Source: an uncultured virus (IMG/VR IMGVR_UViG_3300026167_000080) (Duplodnaviria; Heunggongvirae; Uroviricota; Caudoviricetes). From it: a stretch of 64,000 nt of DNA. The position numbers and the translations under genes are program-made. Positions 21,303 to 31,047 of the stretch are shown here, piece by piece. Location: the IMG/VR virus record IMGVR_UViG_3300026167_000080, one strand, 5' to 3'. Below the pieces are notes generated by a model, which made no database searches, was not told the origin of the DNA, and saw only the letters and a program-made list of their open reading frames with translations. Each line of letters starts with the position of its first letter. The first letter of the stretch is position 1.

Positions 21303-21911
21303 TCATGAAGAATAGCTTATTCTTTTAATACGATAAACATAACCATCATCCAAATCATTTGAAGTAATGATAATTTCATTGGATAACTGATCGTAAATAC
21401 ACCCTATTTCATATAGGATTTGTGAATGATAACCAAATTCATCTAGACTGAACTCTAAAAGTAATTTACTCACTAATCCTTCAGAAAGACTTAAAGGATA
21501 ATAATCAAAGAATAAATATAGTTCTAATGTATTCTTCTCTGAATATAATAGGAACTTTATTGTGAAAATCTCACTACTTCCATCATCATTTACTGCCACT
21601 TCAACATCGGTTATTAAAAAGATTTCTCCATATTTGTTAATGATTTGTTCTTCTATAAATTCATTAATGGCTTCTCTTACTTCAGGCACCTTGTCTTGTA
21701 CAGTATTATATTGGATACTTATACTATTCTCATTGTCTATTAGCAACCATTTTATAAACCCAAAGTATCGTAGTCTATAAAATATCTCATAATCTTTCCC
21801 TTCAACTGTCTTAGATATATGGACTAGATCTCTATCTAAAACCTTTGGTAAAGTTATAAATCCTAATTTAAATAATTCATTTAAATTATCTGATAATTTG
21901 TTAATATCCAT
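21303..21911 (-). CDS. hypothetical protein
   Basis: 202 aa ORF. Confidence 0.6.
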   Translation of the reverse strand: MDINKLSDNLNELFKLGFITLPKVLDRDLVHISKTVEGKDYEIFYRLRYFGFIKWLLIDNENSISIQYNTVQDKVPEVREAINEFIEEQIINKYGEIFLITDVEVAVNDDGSSEIFTIKFLLYSEKNTLELYLFFDYYPLSLSEGLVSKLLLEFSLDEFGYHSQILYEIGCIYDQLSNEIIITSNDLDDGYVYRIKRISYSS

Positions 21912-21936
21912 TATTATCTATTACTTCCCTTTGCAT

Positions 21937-22395
21937 TCAATTTATGAATGTGTCTAATTGCTTTATCAACCTCTCGTATTCCTGTTCCAATTCATCATAA
22001 AATGGTACTTGATTGAATTGAGAAAGTTCACATTCGTAGAATACACAATATGCCGCTATATTCTTTGTGAATTCTATATACCCTAATGTAAGAGATTCGT
22101 AGATATAAGTCTCTATAAGGTTTAATAAATATACTTGACTAAACACTCTTTCTATATATAGAATATGTTTCTCTACTATTAACGGATTATTCTCTGAATA
22201 TGTATATTCATAAATACTCTTTATACAATAATCCTTTTCTATCCAATTACCTTCTGAATCTTCTATACTTTCTTCAAATTCATATTGCTCTAAGATAGCT
22301 CTATATATCTCTTCTCTTACTCTACATCGATCTATTAGATTTACTATCCATATTGAAAAACTTATCTCTTTATTAGACGGTATATACAAATCCAT
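21937..22395 (-). CDS. hypothetical protein
   Basis: 152 aa ORF. Confidence 0.6.
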   Translation of the reverse strand: MDLYIPSNKEISFSIWIVNLIDRCRVREEIYRAILEQYEFEESIEDSEGNWIEKDYCIKSIYEYTYSENNPLIVEKHILYIERVFSQVYLLNLIETYIYESLTLGYIEFTKNIAAYCVFYECELSQFNQVPFYDELEQEYERLIKQLDTFIN

Positions 22396-22550
22396 TAGTC
22401 TCTATCTCTACACTTTGCCTTTTATTTGCAACCTATTTGACCCTATTTACTTACTCCCTTTATCCTTATATAGCTATACTCTAATCTTATTGATCCTAGA
22501 CTTATGCATCGATTATCTTACTTTGTTAAATACTTATTATTACTTCATAT

Positions 22551-22585
22551 CCAAATGGCGCTGCCAGCTGCCGACCGTAGGGAGG
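22551..22585 (+). repeat. GC-rich element copy 2
   Basis: CCAAATGGCGC-tgccagctg-CCGACCGTAGGGAGG, matching 18426-18462. Confidence 0.6.
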
Positions 22586-22659
22586 CTTAAATGCCAACGT
22601 TCCTTAAATTAAAGGCTCTATAACAATCAATAGGATATATATAAATCTATAAGGTAAAT

Positions 22660-22929
22660 CTATAAGGAACATATATGTTCAAATATAGGAACACCTTTGT
22701 CAGTTAAGGAAAGGAATTCTTTAATAGGTCTATCCCATATACATTTATCTCCAAACTCATCAGAATAGTATAAGGCTTGATATATTACTTTTCTTAATTG
22801 GGGATTACCTGAATCTCTGGATACATTGAGTACTCTATAATAATTACCTTTGTAATGTTTATATATACCATTTAGTACTACGACTCTACTATCTGGTTCA
22901 TTGACTTCTATATTGCCTGTCTGTGACAT
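22660..22929 (-). CDS. DUF1653 family protein
   Basis: GIYKHYKGNYYRVL...VIYQALY...WDRP..EF. Confidence 0.85.
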   Translation of the reverse strand: MSQTGNIEVNEPDSRVVVLNGIYKHYKGNYYRVLNVSRDSGNPQLRKVIYQALYYSDEFGDKCIWDRPIKEFLSLTDKGVPIFEHICSL

Positions 22930-22968
22930 CTTAAATATTATTTATCTATTGTAAGAATAAAGAAATCA

Positions 22969-23110
22969 GTGAAGTACCCAACGCCAACGCTTTACTTTTG
23001 GCGTGGGCTTCCTGGTTCAATGACAATTGCCGCTACCAGAAACAGTTTCCAGCTTTGGTCTTACATCGTCTCCACAGGCTAAAACGCCACTTCCTGACGC
23101 TAAGAAATAG
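22969..23110 (-). ncRNA. putative TnpB omegaRNA (reRNA) scaffold
   Basis: Expected position overlapping tnpB 3' end and right-end hairpin; 5' boundary approximate. Confidence 0.55.
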
Positions 23111-24171
23111 TCACGCAAATTTAGAGCTGCATTGATATCTCTATCATGCAACTTTGTACAGTTGGGGCATTCCCAAGTTCTAATCTGTAGAGGCATTGAT
23201 TTCATTCGATGCCCACAACAATTACAAGTCTTGGAACTGGGGAAAAATCGGTCTACAAACTTAACGACTTTCCCAAGTTCCAAGGCTTTGTACTCAGTTA
23301 GAGTTTGCAGCAATCCCCAGGCAGCATCGTTAATCGATTTCGCTAAACAATGATTGCGAGTCATACTTTTGATATTTAGAGTCTCAAACACGATGACTTG
23401 GTTTTCGTCCACTAGCTTGCGTGAAAGCTTGTGATGAGAATCTAAACGACAATTTGCAATTTTATTGTGAACTTTAGCGACTTTTAATCGGGCTTTGTTG
23501 CGATTAGCAGAACCTTTAGTTTTACGAGATAATCGCTTCTGGTGTTTCGCTAACTTCTTTTCATACTTTCGATAGAACTTGGGCGGTTTAATCTTTTCAC
23601 CATCGCTGGTAACGATTAAGGCATCTAAGCCTAAATCAATACCGATAACTTTACCCTCTGTTGATTGTTCGGGAAATTCTCCAGGTAACTCAATTCTGAG
23701 AGAGGCAAAGTATTGACCCGATGGGGTCATCGAAACCGTAACAGATTTTATTTTACCCTTGATTTCTCGATGAACTTTGGCTCGGACTTCACCAAGCTTA
23801 GGAAGTTTAATAGAGCGTTCATTAATTTGAAACCCTTGAGGATAAGTTGCAGATTGCTTTCGATGCTTTGACTTAAATCTTGGATGCCTACCCGTCCCTC
23901 TAAAAAAGTTCTTGAAAGCTGTCTCTAAGTTTTTAAGCGATTGCTGTAATACTTGACTGGCAACTGTGCTTAACCAAGGTAATTCTTGTTTGAGAACGGG
24001 TAATTGATTGGCGCATTTTGTGTAACTTAATCCTTTACCCGTTTTCTCATAAGCCTTGTTCCACTCATCAAGAAACCGATTAAATACAAACCGAGCGCAT
24101 CCAAACTCTCTTGAGAGTTGAATGCGTTGTTCTGCGTCTGGATATAACCGGATTTTTAGAGAGGTAAACAT
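23017..24171 (-). CDS. tnpB: RNA-guided endonuclease TnpB
   Basis: N-terminal HTH (KIRLYP...FGCARFVFN), RuvC motifs GIDLG / VFETL / DRDINAA, CxxC...CxxC zinc finger. Confidence 0.95.
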   Translation of the reverse strand: MFTSLKIRLYPDAEQRIQLSREFGCARFVFNRFLDEWNKAYEKTGKGLSYTKCANQLPVLKQELPWLSTVASQVLQQSLKNLETAFKNFFRGTGRHPRFKSKHRKQSATYPQGFQINERSIKLPKLGEVRAKVHREIKGKIKSVTVSMTPSGQYFASLRIELPGEFPEQSTEGKVIGIDLGLDALIVTSDGEKIKPPKFYRKYEKKLAKHQKRLSRKTKGSANRNKARLKVAKVHNKIANCRLDSHHKLSRKLVDENQVIVFETLNIKSMTRNHCLAKSINDAAWGLLQTLTEYKALELGKVVKFVDRFFPSSKTCNCCGHRMKSMPLQIRTWECPNCTKLHDRDINAALNLRDYFLASGSGVLACGDDVRPKLETVSGSGNCH

Positions 24172-24354
24172 TAACCTTGAGTGATAGACTATTACTTAGT
24201 ATACCGCAAATAGAGGGACAACTGTTGAAAAATTGAAAATTACATTGAGGAGCAAGATAGACCTGAAAAGGTTTGTTCTTTGAGTCACGATTCATCCCGT
24301 CGCCAACATTCTTTATGGCGCGGGTCTTCTCGCGACCTTAAGATAATAAAGAAA

Positions 24355-24747
24355 TCAATTCCAGAATTTATCAAGGCATTCTATTACTTTTAATATATAG
24401 TCCATTTCCTGCATATTGTTGATGGGCTTTAAAAGTCTATCCTTTATTTCTTCTATACAAACATCTGTAATTCTATTGATAGTTATATATTCTTCATATA
24501 TAAATGTTAATTCTTTACCACTCTCTTTACTTTTTTCATCCCCTTTATCCTCTCTAACACTTAAGGACAGTTCTTCCATAGTACTCATATGCATTAGTTT
24601 GGAATAAGCAAATTCATATGATCCTATTCCACTAGTCTCAATTGTCTCAATTGTATCTATTGATTCTACATTCTTTAATAGAATGATGAACTTTATTAAA
24701 TACTCATCACCATGTTTATTAATTTGTAAGTCTTTTATTTGAAACAT
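24355..24747 (-). CDS. hypothetical protein
   Basis: 130 aa ORF. Confidence 0.55.
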   Translation of the reverse strand: MFQIKDLQINKHGDEYLIKFIILLKNVESIDTIETIETSGIGSYEFAYSKLMHMSTMEELSLSVREDKGDEKSKESGKELTFIYEEYITINRITDVCIEEIKDRLLKPINNMQEMDYILKVIECLDKFWN

Positions 24748-24794
24748 ATGAATATTATTTTACCCTTCCTCCGTTTCCCCCGCCCTTCAATTAA

Positions 24795-25301
24795 TTATTT
24801 ATATTGATCTTTAAGATACCAAAATAGAATAGACCACCTTTCTTTATTCAACTTTTCTGTTGCATGTAAATGTTTACAATTAAATTCAACAATATCTCCT
24901 TTCTTTAATCTATATCCTACATATTCCTTGGAAGGATCATCATTTATATAAAATATACATTCAGTCATATTTATACAAACAGCCGTCTTAAAGAAGACTG
25001 TATGATCTCTATGAGGATTAATATTTGAACCAGAGGGATAGTAAAGACAAAGACCAATATCAAAATTAGATAAACAAAGATTGCCTAAAGAAGTTATAAA
25101 TTCATCTTCATAAGCAGGATGTAAAGTAAACGATTTCTTAAGATCACATTTAGTTTTAATCCATAATTCCTGTCTACCTCTAGCGTAAGAACTAATAGTT
25201 GGAGATAGTAAAGGTTGTATAGATTGACACCAATTAGATAATTTATTTATTGACTCTTCTGTTAGACTTCCCTTCTTCTTTACTAGTTTTCTATTATCCA
25301 T
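24795..25301 (-). CDS. 2OG-Fe(II) dioxygenase (AlkB-like)
   Basis: Y.....INPHRD (HxD), distal H in HAT, R in ERWSILFW. Confidence 0.8.
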   Translation of the reverse strand: MDNRKLVKKKGSLTEESINKLSNWCQSIQPLLSPTISSYARGRQELWIKTKCDLKKSFTLHPAYEDEFITSLGNLCLSNFDIGLCLYYPSGSNINPHRDHTVFFKTAVCINMTECIFYINDDPSKEYVGYRLKKGDIVEFNCKHLHATEKLNKERWSILFWYLKDQYK

Positions 25302-25365
25302 ATCTCCTGTCTCCTGTCTTTAATAAAAAATAATTAAATAAATAGAAACAGGCATTTTGAAAGAT

Positions 25366-25848
25366 TTATCTTTTAATTAAAGTATCTTCTCCGTCTAAGA
25401 AATCGGAGTACTGTCCTTCTACGTATTTAAACTTTACTAGATCTATGTATTGATATAAGAAGACCATCTTAGATTGTTTTAGATCAAAAATTCTTATACC
25501 CGGAATTTCGGGTGGATCATAATGTATCTCTGCTAAATCATGGATACTGAGATGCTCTAATGCCATTACATTATTAGCATAAGTAGAACCTTCAAAGAAT
25601 GATGTTTTATCCACCTCTAATAATGTCCATACAAAATCACTATCTACACAATAGTACAAAAGATTACTGGGTAGATGGATGGATGCATTATCTATTATTG
25701 GATTAGTGGCTGATATTGCTATATCTTCTAAATCAACACTAACCAATACCGTATTTTCTAATATTCTTAGTGAAGACAGTTCTTGAAGAACTAATTCTTC
25801 ATCTTCTATTTCAATCTTATCGTCGGGAATAAATATTAATATCTTCAT
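25366..25848 (-). CDS. hypothetical protein
   Basis: 160 aa ORF. Confidence 0.6.
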   Translation of the reverse strand: MKILIFIPDDKIEIEDEELVLQELSSLRILENTVLVSVDLEDIAISATNPIIDNASIHLPSNLLYYCVDSDFVWTLLEVDKTSFFEGSTYANNVMALEHLSIHDLAEIHYDPPEIPGIRIFDLKQSKMVFLYQYIDLVKFKYVEGQYSDFLDGEDTLIKR

Positions 25849-25892
25849 TCTTAATTCTTAATTCTTAATTCTTAATTCTTAATTCTTAATTT
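25848..25892. repeat. tandem repeat (TTCTTAA)x~6
   Basis: Directly visible. Confidence 0.85.
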
Positions 25893-25970
25893 TGATCTTA
25901 TATATAGACAAAATTAACGGCCCCACTATTGTTATAATATTAATACAAAGAATAAAAATGCAATAATATT

Positions 25971-28178
25971 ATGAACAGTAGCAAGACCGCTTCCTTAAAC
26001 AACAATTCCAAAGATCTAATTAAACCACCAATTGAATCTAAAAGATCTATGAAAACTGCTGATATCGATAACCCCAAAGAATTAATAAAACCAGCGAACT
26101 GTAATAATCCTTTGAAGTTAACCGATATAAATAATGATAACACAAAATTAATTGAAATTACAGGAAATACAAAAGTTGAAATAGAAAAGATAATAGCAAG
26201 GACTAAAAAGGGTAAGCAACGTTCATTAACTCTTATAGGTTCTTATCCTAACTTAGGCTTAATTGATTTATATGGAAACTTAAAGAAGAAATCAGAGAAT
26301 GAAATGATTCCTTTAAAGCTTCAAATAATGAGAAATAGAAAAGGGGAATTATTAACTCTTCGAGAATTAGTTAGATATATACAAGAAGGAATAGTGGATA
26401 ATAATAAAGCAGGATTTAGCTCTTTACAGGTACTAAAACGTTGGAAAGATAGTTCTTATAATATCACTTCACAACCCTTTGAATATACAAAAGGAATAGG
26501 AACTCGCTCTCGTGTAAAAAGAAAGAAAGGAATATCAAACTTAGTAGTCGATATTGCTAAATACTATATAGACACACCAGGTCTACAAATAATAGAAGAT
26601 ATATGGGAGACATATAATGTGAAAGTAGATGAAATATATTGGCCAGATGATGAGAAGAAACAAGAAGCATCAATGGCCCATGCGGAAGTATATTACACAA
26701 CTCTTCAAAGAGAAAGGACAGAGAAAATAGTGAACTTAATAGTAAGAGTTAAGAACTTGAAGAAGGACTTAGACAAAGAGGAAGGACTAACCATTAAGGC
26801 AATATGGGACTTAGTTAGATCTTTAGTACCCGGCTATCAACCAGAGAGGCATAGAGAAATAACTAAAGAAATAGCAAGGCAATATAGGAAGCAAATCAAA
26901 GGAATTAGAAAAGGAATGGGAAATAAGAAACTACCAACATTGAATCAAGCAGTAGAAGGAATGAGAGCCGATGGAGAAGACATAGAGGCAACAGGTAGGG
27001 AGCTAGATAAAGATAAAGTAGGAGATAAAGATAAAGATAAAGATATATATGTTAAGGTGAGCGACTACTCACCTTATAATACTATCCCCTCTAGTGATCC
27101 TAATAATAGTCATAATGATATCTCATCTAGTGATCCCGATTCTAATGCTAATCCTGTCTTCCTTGATAAAGAGCCTTCGCTATGTGAAGTTATAGCTCCT
27201 GAGTCCCAACCATTTCACTCATATGTAATAGAAGAAGCAGCTCGTATATTCTCTCTCCAATATCCATTAACCTGCCACGCATATAATGAAGCATTTGCAG
27301 TCAACCTATTAAGTTATTGTCCTGTAGATGTAATTGATGAAAGGCAATTAGAGGTGATGCATAGAGATGGGTTCTTACCTTCTGAATATCAGATGTGCTC
27401 ACCCAACAGTCCTCGTGTGTACTCTAAAGAGATAGACAATCTGTTTTATTGTCGTAAGGAGTTAAGGCTGCAAGCAATGGAAGGTTTAGGATTTGTAGAT
27501 ATGGATATAGAGAACTGCCATGCTCATATAGCTTTAGGGTTATGGGGAGAAGATCTTCCTTTACTAAGTAAGTTTATGGAAGAAGGTTCGTTATGGACAT
27601 CGTATGAAGAAGTGTTTAGAAAAGAAGGAGTTAAGTTTTACAAATCGTTAATCAAAGCGATGCATCATGCGACGTTCTTGGGAGGGTGTGAACCTGCCTA
27701 TAGAAAGGCTTTAAATCGTTATAACCTAAAGCATCAAGGATCCAAGATAAAGGAAGATGAATTCGAGTGTATTCTGAAAGTCTTTAAGAAATGCCCTATA
27801 TATAAAGAGTTAAAAACTTTATTCAAAAAGATAGGAGAAGACTTACATGGGAAGAAAGTTAAATTAATGACGGGAGAGACCTTCAATGTAAAAGCTTTAA
27901 GAAGATATAAAGATAATAGTGTGCCTGAAGGCTATCGCATTGAATATGGTAATGTCCCCACCGTCATTGCTGCTATGCTACAGGCGGTAGAAGTTACAAT
28001 CATGTCATACGTTATCTGTCGAGCTCATGAGTACTTCATACCTGTCTTATGGCAACATGATGGATTCACCATCAAAGCATTATATAAAGATAGTGAAGAA
28101 AAGATACGAGTAGCTCTTACTGAGATTAGTGAAGCCTTACTTGATAGAGGTCTAAACATGACTGTAACTAATCTGTAA
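25971..28178 (+). CDS. divergent family A-like (TV-Pol-type) polymerase
   Basis: C-terminal RVY, DMDIENCH (motif A), K...HA..LGG (motif B-like), LQAVE...WQHDG (motif C); no exonuclease motifs seen. Confidence 0.65.
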   Translation: MNSSKTASLNNNSKDLIKPPIESKRSMKTADIDNPKELIKPANCNNPLKLTDINNDNTKLIEITGNTKVEIEKIIARTKKGKQRSLTLIGSYPNLGLIDLYGNLKKKSENEMIPLKLQIMRNRKGELLTLRELVRYIQEGIVDNNKAGFSSLQVLKRWKDSSYNITSQPFEYTKGIGTRSRVKRKKGISNLVVDIAKYYIDTPGLQIIEDIWETYNVKVDEIYWPDDEKKQEASMAHAEVYYTTLQRERTEKIVNLIVRVKNLKKDLDKEEGLTIKAIWDLVRSLVPGYQPERHREITKEIARQYRKQIKGIRKGMGNKKLPTLNQAVEGMRADGEDIEATGRELDKDKVGDKDKDKDIYVKVSDYSPYNTIPSSDPNNSHNDISSSDPDSNANPVFLDKEPSLCEVIAPESQPFHSYVIEEAARIFSLQYPLTCHAYNEAFAVNLLSYCPVDVIDERQLEVMHRDGFLPSEYQMCSPNSPRVYSKEIDNLFYCRKELRLQAMEGLGFVDMDIENCHAHIALGLWGEDLPLLSKFMEEGSLWTSYEEVFRKEGVKFYKSLIKAMHHATFLGGCEPAYRKALNRYNLKHQGSKIKEDEFECILKVFKKCPIYKELKTLFKKIGEDLHGKKVKLMTGETFNVKALRRYKDNSVPEGYRIEYGNVPTVIAAMLQAVEVTIMSYVICRAHEYFIPVLWQHDGFTIKALYKDSEEKIRVALTEISEALLDRGLNMTVTNL

Positions 28179-28200
28179 TTAATGTAATCTCAATCAATGA

Positions 28201-28650
28201 TTAACCTAAAGATTGTTTAATATCTTTAGGAGCAAATTGATTAGGATAATTAGATTTAAAGAAGGGCATAGCCTCTCTCATAGAGCTAAGGTTATGTTCT
28301 TTTAGAATCTCTTTAATTCTATCTTTAGATAATTGAGGAGGTTGGAATTGTTTAAGGAAATGTATATAGTCCTCAATGTCCTTAGGGATAAAGTTATTAT
28401 CACCTTCTATAGCAGTACCTTTAGTCAGTCTATTGATTAGACTATTGATACCTGTTACTTCTTCTTCAAAAGAAATAGGATCCTTAACATCCTTTTTATC
28501 CTTTATCCTTTGTTGCTCAATAATAGATTTAAGATCAGATTGAGCGGTATTAGCCATTATTCTCAATGCTCTATCTCTACGTTTTAAAGCTGCATTACTT
28601 ATGTTCCCGAGTCTATAGAAGATTGATAAATTGCTATTTATATCATTCAT
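28201..28650 (-). CDS. GatB/YqeY domain protein
   Basis: AALKRRD...LKQFQPPQLS...MREAMPFFK; typical size. Confidence 0.7.
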   Translation of the reverse strand: MNDINSNLSIFYRLGNISNAALKRRDRALRIMANTAQSDLKSIIEQQRIKDKKDVKDPISFEEEVTGINSLINRLTKGTAIEGDNNFIPKDIEDYIHFLKQFQPPQLSKDRIKEILKEHNLSSMREAMPFFKSNYPNQFAPKDIKQSLG

Positions 28651-28685
28651 AAAAAATACCTTTTAGATAAATATGGAAATAGTTA

Positions 28686-29072
28686 CTAGAAATACCTAAT
28701 AACAAAACAGACTGAGAATAGTCTATGAGAAAGGCTACCAAATTTAATACCTTGACAGTTCAATTCTAAAGATTCTGGTAAATACTTATCAAACAGAATC
28801 TCATTTCTCATATCAATAGGATAATGCTTAAAAGCAGCCCATACCTGTTGGATTAATTCAAGGTTATGCGGATCGGATAGATATATATATTGCCCTTTAG
28901 GATAGTTTTCTAAACCACCTTCTAATTCAATATCAGAGACTTTAAGATATGTATAATCAGTAGGATGAATTATGGATTGATTTGTGGTAGTGGCCAGATT
29001 ATTAATAGTTGATTGAGTCTTAAGTTTTATATTGTCTATAAAAGTTAATGTATCAATAATTGTTTTCATCAT
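28686..29072 (-). CDS. hypothetical protein, paralogue of 29151-29540
   Basis: Shared C-terminus DKYL..SL.LN.QGI.FGSL.H.LFS..F..RY. Confidence 0.7.
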   Translation of the reverse strand: MMKTIIDTLTFIDNIKLKTQSTINNLATTTNQSIIHPTDYTYLKVSDIELEGGLENYPKGQYIYLSDPHNLELIQQVWAAFKHYPIDMRNEILFDKYLPESLELNCQGIKFGSLSHRLFSVCFVIRYF

Positions 29073-29150
29073 ACTTTTTTATTAATAAATAAATAAATTA
29101 ATTGAATTGAAATGAAATGAAATGATTCAAGAGAGCCAAATAAGAAATAG

Positions 29151-29540
29151 TTAGATATGAACTGGAAGATCCCCTGGATTATAGAGATATCTAAAAATAA
29201 AGACCAAAGAAAATAGTTTATGGGGAAGACTACCAAATTCAATACCTTGTTTATTTAAAGATAAAGATTGAATTAAATACTTATCAAGAACGGACTGTCT
29301 AACTGTCGTATGGTAAATATTAAAGAAGGTAGACATTAAGTAAAGAAGCCTTTGAGATTCTTCTGAATATATATTTAGGGAAGATCTACTAATTGTCCAT
29401 TCATAATGATCTCTATAATTTAAAGGGTTTATATTACCACCTAATACTTTGTCATTAAATTCTTCTCTTTCTATTTGTTCTTCTACTTGTCCTTTTATGT
29501 GTTCTTCAAATCCGTTTTCTATCTTAATTTGTATGGACAT
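29151..29540 (-). CDS. hypothetical protein, paralogue of 28686-29072
   Basis: Same shared C-terminal motif. Confidence 0.7.
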   Translation of the reverse strand: MSIQIKIENGFEEHIKGQVEEQIEREEFNDKVLGGNINPLNYRDHYEWTISRSSLNIYSEESQRLLYLMSTFFNIYHTTVRQSVLDKYLIQSLSLNKQGIEFGSLPHKLFSLVFIFRYLYNPGDLPVHI

Positions 29541-29623
29541 TGTTAATATTTTAATGATTGATATTGACGTCTCCCCTGTCTCTAAATGAGAAGGGATTTA
29601 ATAGTACTCAATTAGCTTAGTAC

Positions 29624-30373
29624 TCAATTAGCCTTGGATAATAATGGTTCATCTATATTTATATCCTCAATGTTTATGTCCTCAATGTTCATATATTCAG
29701 AGGGATTATAGTCTAATACAGATTTTAGACTAGGGATAAATAAAGAAAGATCACAACTAAGACTGTTATTTTGTATAAGCGCTACTCCTTGATTAGAAGT
29801 GACAGTAAAGTCTATAGCTTCTGGAATAGTTAAAGCCTTTATAGGATGATTCATTTTAAAGACCTTACTTTTATCAATATGACCATCACCAATTATCCAT
29901 TGATGATGATCATAAAAGAATAGTTTATCTAATAAATGATTAAAGAATTGATGAGGATCATAGAAAATATGGATATCAAAATTAGATGCTAAGGCTAAAT
30001 GGAATTTGTAAGTAGAAGTATTAGAAGTACTATTTAAAGACTCATCGATTCTTTTAAAGAAAGTATTGCTATTGTTATGTATTGGAGGTAATTCTAATTC
30101 TCTTACTATCCTCCCTTTTCCGTTATATCTTTCAGAACTTTCAATCCATGAATATGAGGATATTTGCTGTATCTCTTTATGAGATAAGAATTCGTTTATA
30201 TTATTCTTATCATTATCCTTATCTTTACTCTTACTGTTATCTTTGCTCTTAGCCGTACTTATATTATCTTTATGACAATTTGCCTTTTCTTTTATTAAGG
30301 ATTCTAATTCTTTATAAATACGGTTTTCTAAATCTATCTTATGCGTCTTAAATCCTAACGTTGAATATTTCAT
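29624..30373 (-). CDS. hypothetical protein
   Basis: 249 aa ORF. Confidence 0.6.
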   Translation of the reverse strand: MKYSTLGFKTHKIDLENRIYKELESLIKEKANCHKDNISTAKSKDNSKSKDKDNDKNNINEFLSHKEIQQISSYSWIESSERYNGKGRIVRELELPPIHNNSNTFFKRIDESLNSTSNTSTYKFHLALASNFDIHIFYDPHQFFNHLLDKLFFYDHHQWIIGDGHIDKSKVFKMNHPIKALTIPEAIDFTVTSNQGVALIQNNSLSCDLSLFIPSLKSVLDYNPSEYMNIEDINIEDINIDEPLLSKAN

Positions 30374-30387
30374 ATCTAAATAACAAA

Positions 30388-30927
30388 TTATCTACGAACA
30401 ATTGAAATAGAATAAAATGAAGGTCTATTAAGAATATTCATCTGATAATAGTTCAACACTTTATTAGAAGTAATAGCGAATTTGTTGAATAACTTATCTC
30501 TTCTCAATGAGTCCTTTATGAAGCTATTACATATCGAGATGTTAAAATGTTCTTCTCTATCCTTATTTAAATTATTAATACTAGGAACGTATAACTCTTT
30601 CTTACTAAAAGGATTTGAAGTTAATAAAAATAGATGGGAATCTATGACGTTCACTAAAGAATTAAGAAAGAGTACATTCTCTATTCTTAGAATATTGTTA
30701 TTTAGTTCAATATCCTCAATATCAGGTGACTTAAATATTCCATAAGGTAATATTAACTCTATCCTTTTAACATTAATAGAGTTGGGATCGTCATTCTCTA
30801 TATTAGAAGAATAGGGTATATCCATATTTATTCTCATACCTTCAAATGATATATCTTTATCAGGAAAATGAAAATAAAAATGTATTAATTGTTTTATTAT
30901 TTCTATTACCGTGGATTCCATGTTCAT
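30388..30927 (-). CDS. hypothetical protein
   Basis: 179 aa ORF. Confidence 0.6.
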   Translation of the reverse strand: MNMESTVIEIIKQLIHFYFHFPDKDISFEGMRINMDIPYSSNIENDDPNSINVKRIELILPYGIFKSPDIEDIELNNNILRIENVLFLNSLVNVIDSHLFLLTSNPFSKKELYVPSINNLNKDREEHFNISICNSFIKDSLRRDKLFNKFAITSNKVLNYYQMNILNRPSFYSISIVRR

Positions 30928-31047
30928 GTCAATCTTACTTAATTAATTTCAATTCAACTTAATTAGTTGTTATAAGTCTTATAAGTCTTATAAGTCTTAG
31001 ACATTTAGACCAATCCAAATTCAATTTATTATAGGAAAGGTTAAGAA

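Larger units (their letters stand above)
22969..24342 (-). mobile_element. IS200/IS605-family (IS1341-type, TnpB-only) insertion sequence
   Basis: tnpB with subterminal hairpins at both ends (CCCACGCCAA...TTGGCGTTGGG and CCCGCGCCA...TGGCGACGGG); right end ends TTCAC at 22969; no tnpA; left boundary approximate. Confidence 0.8.
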
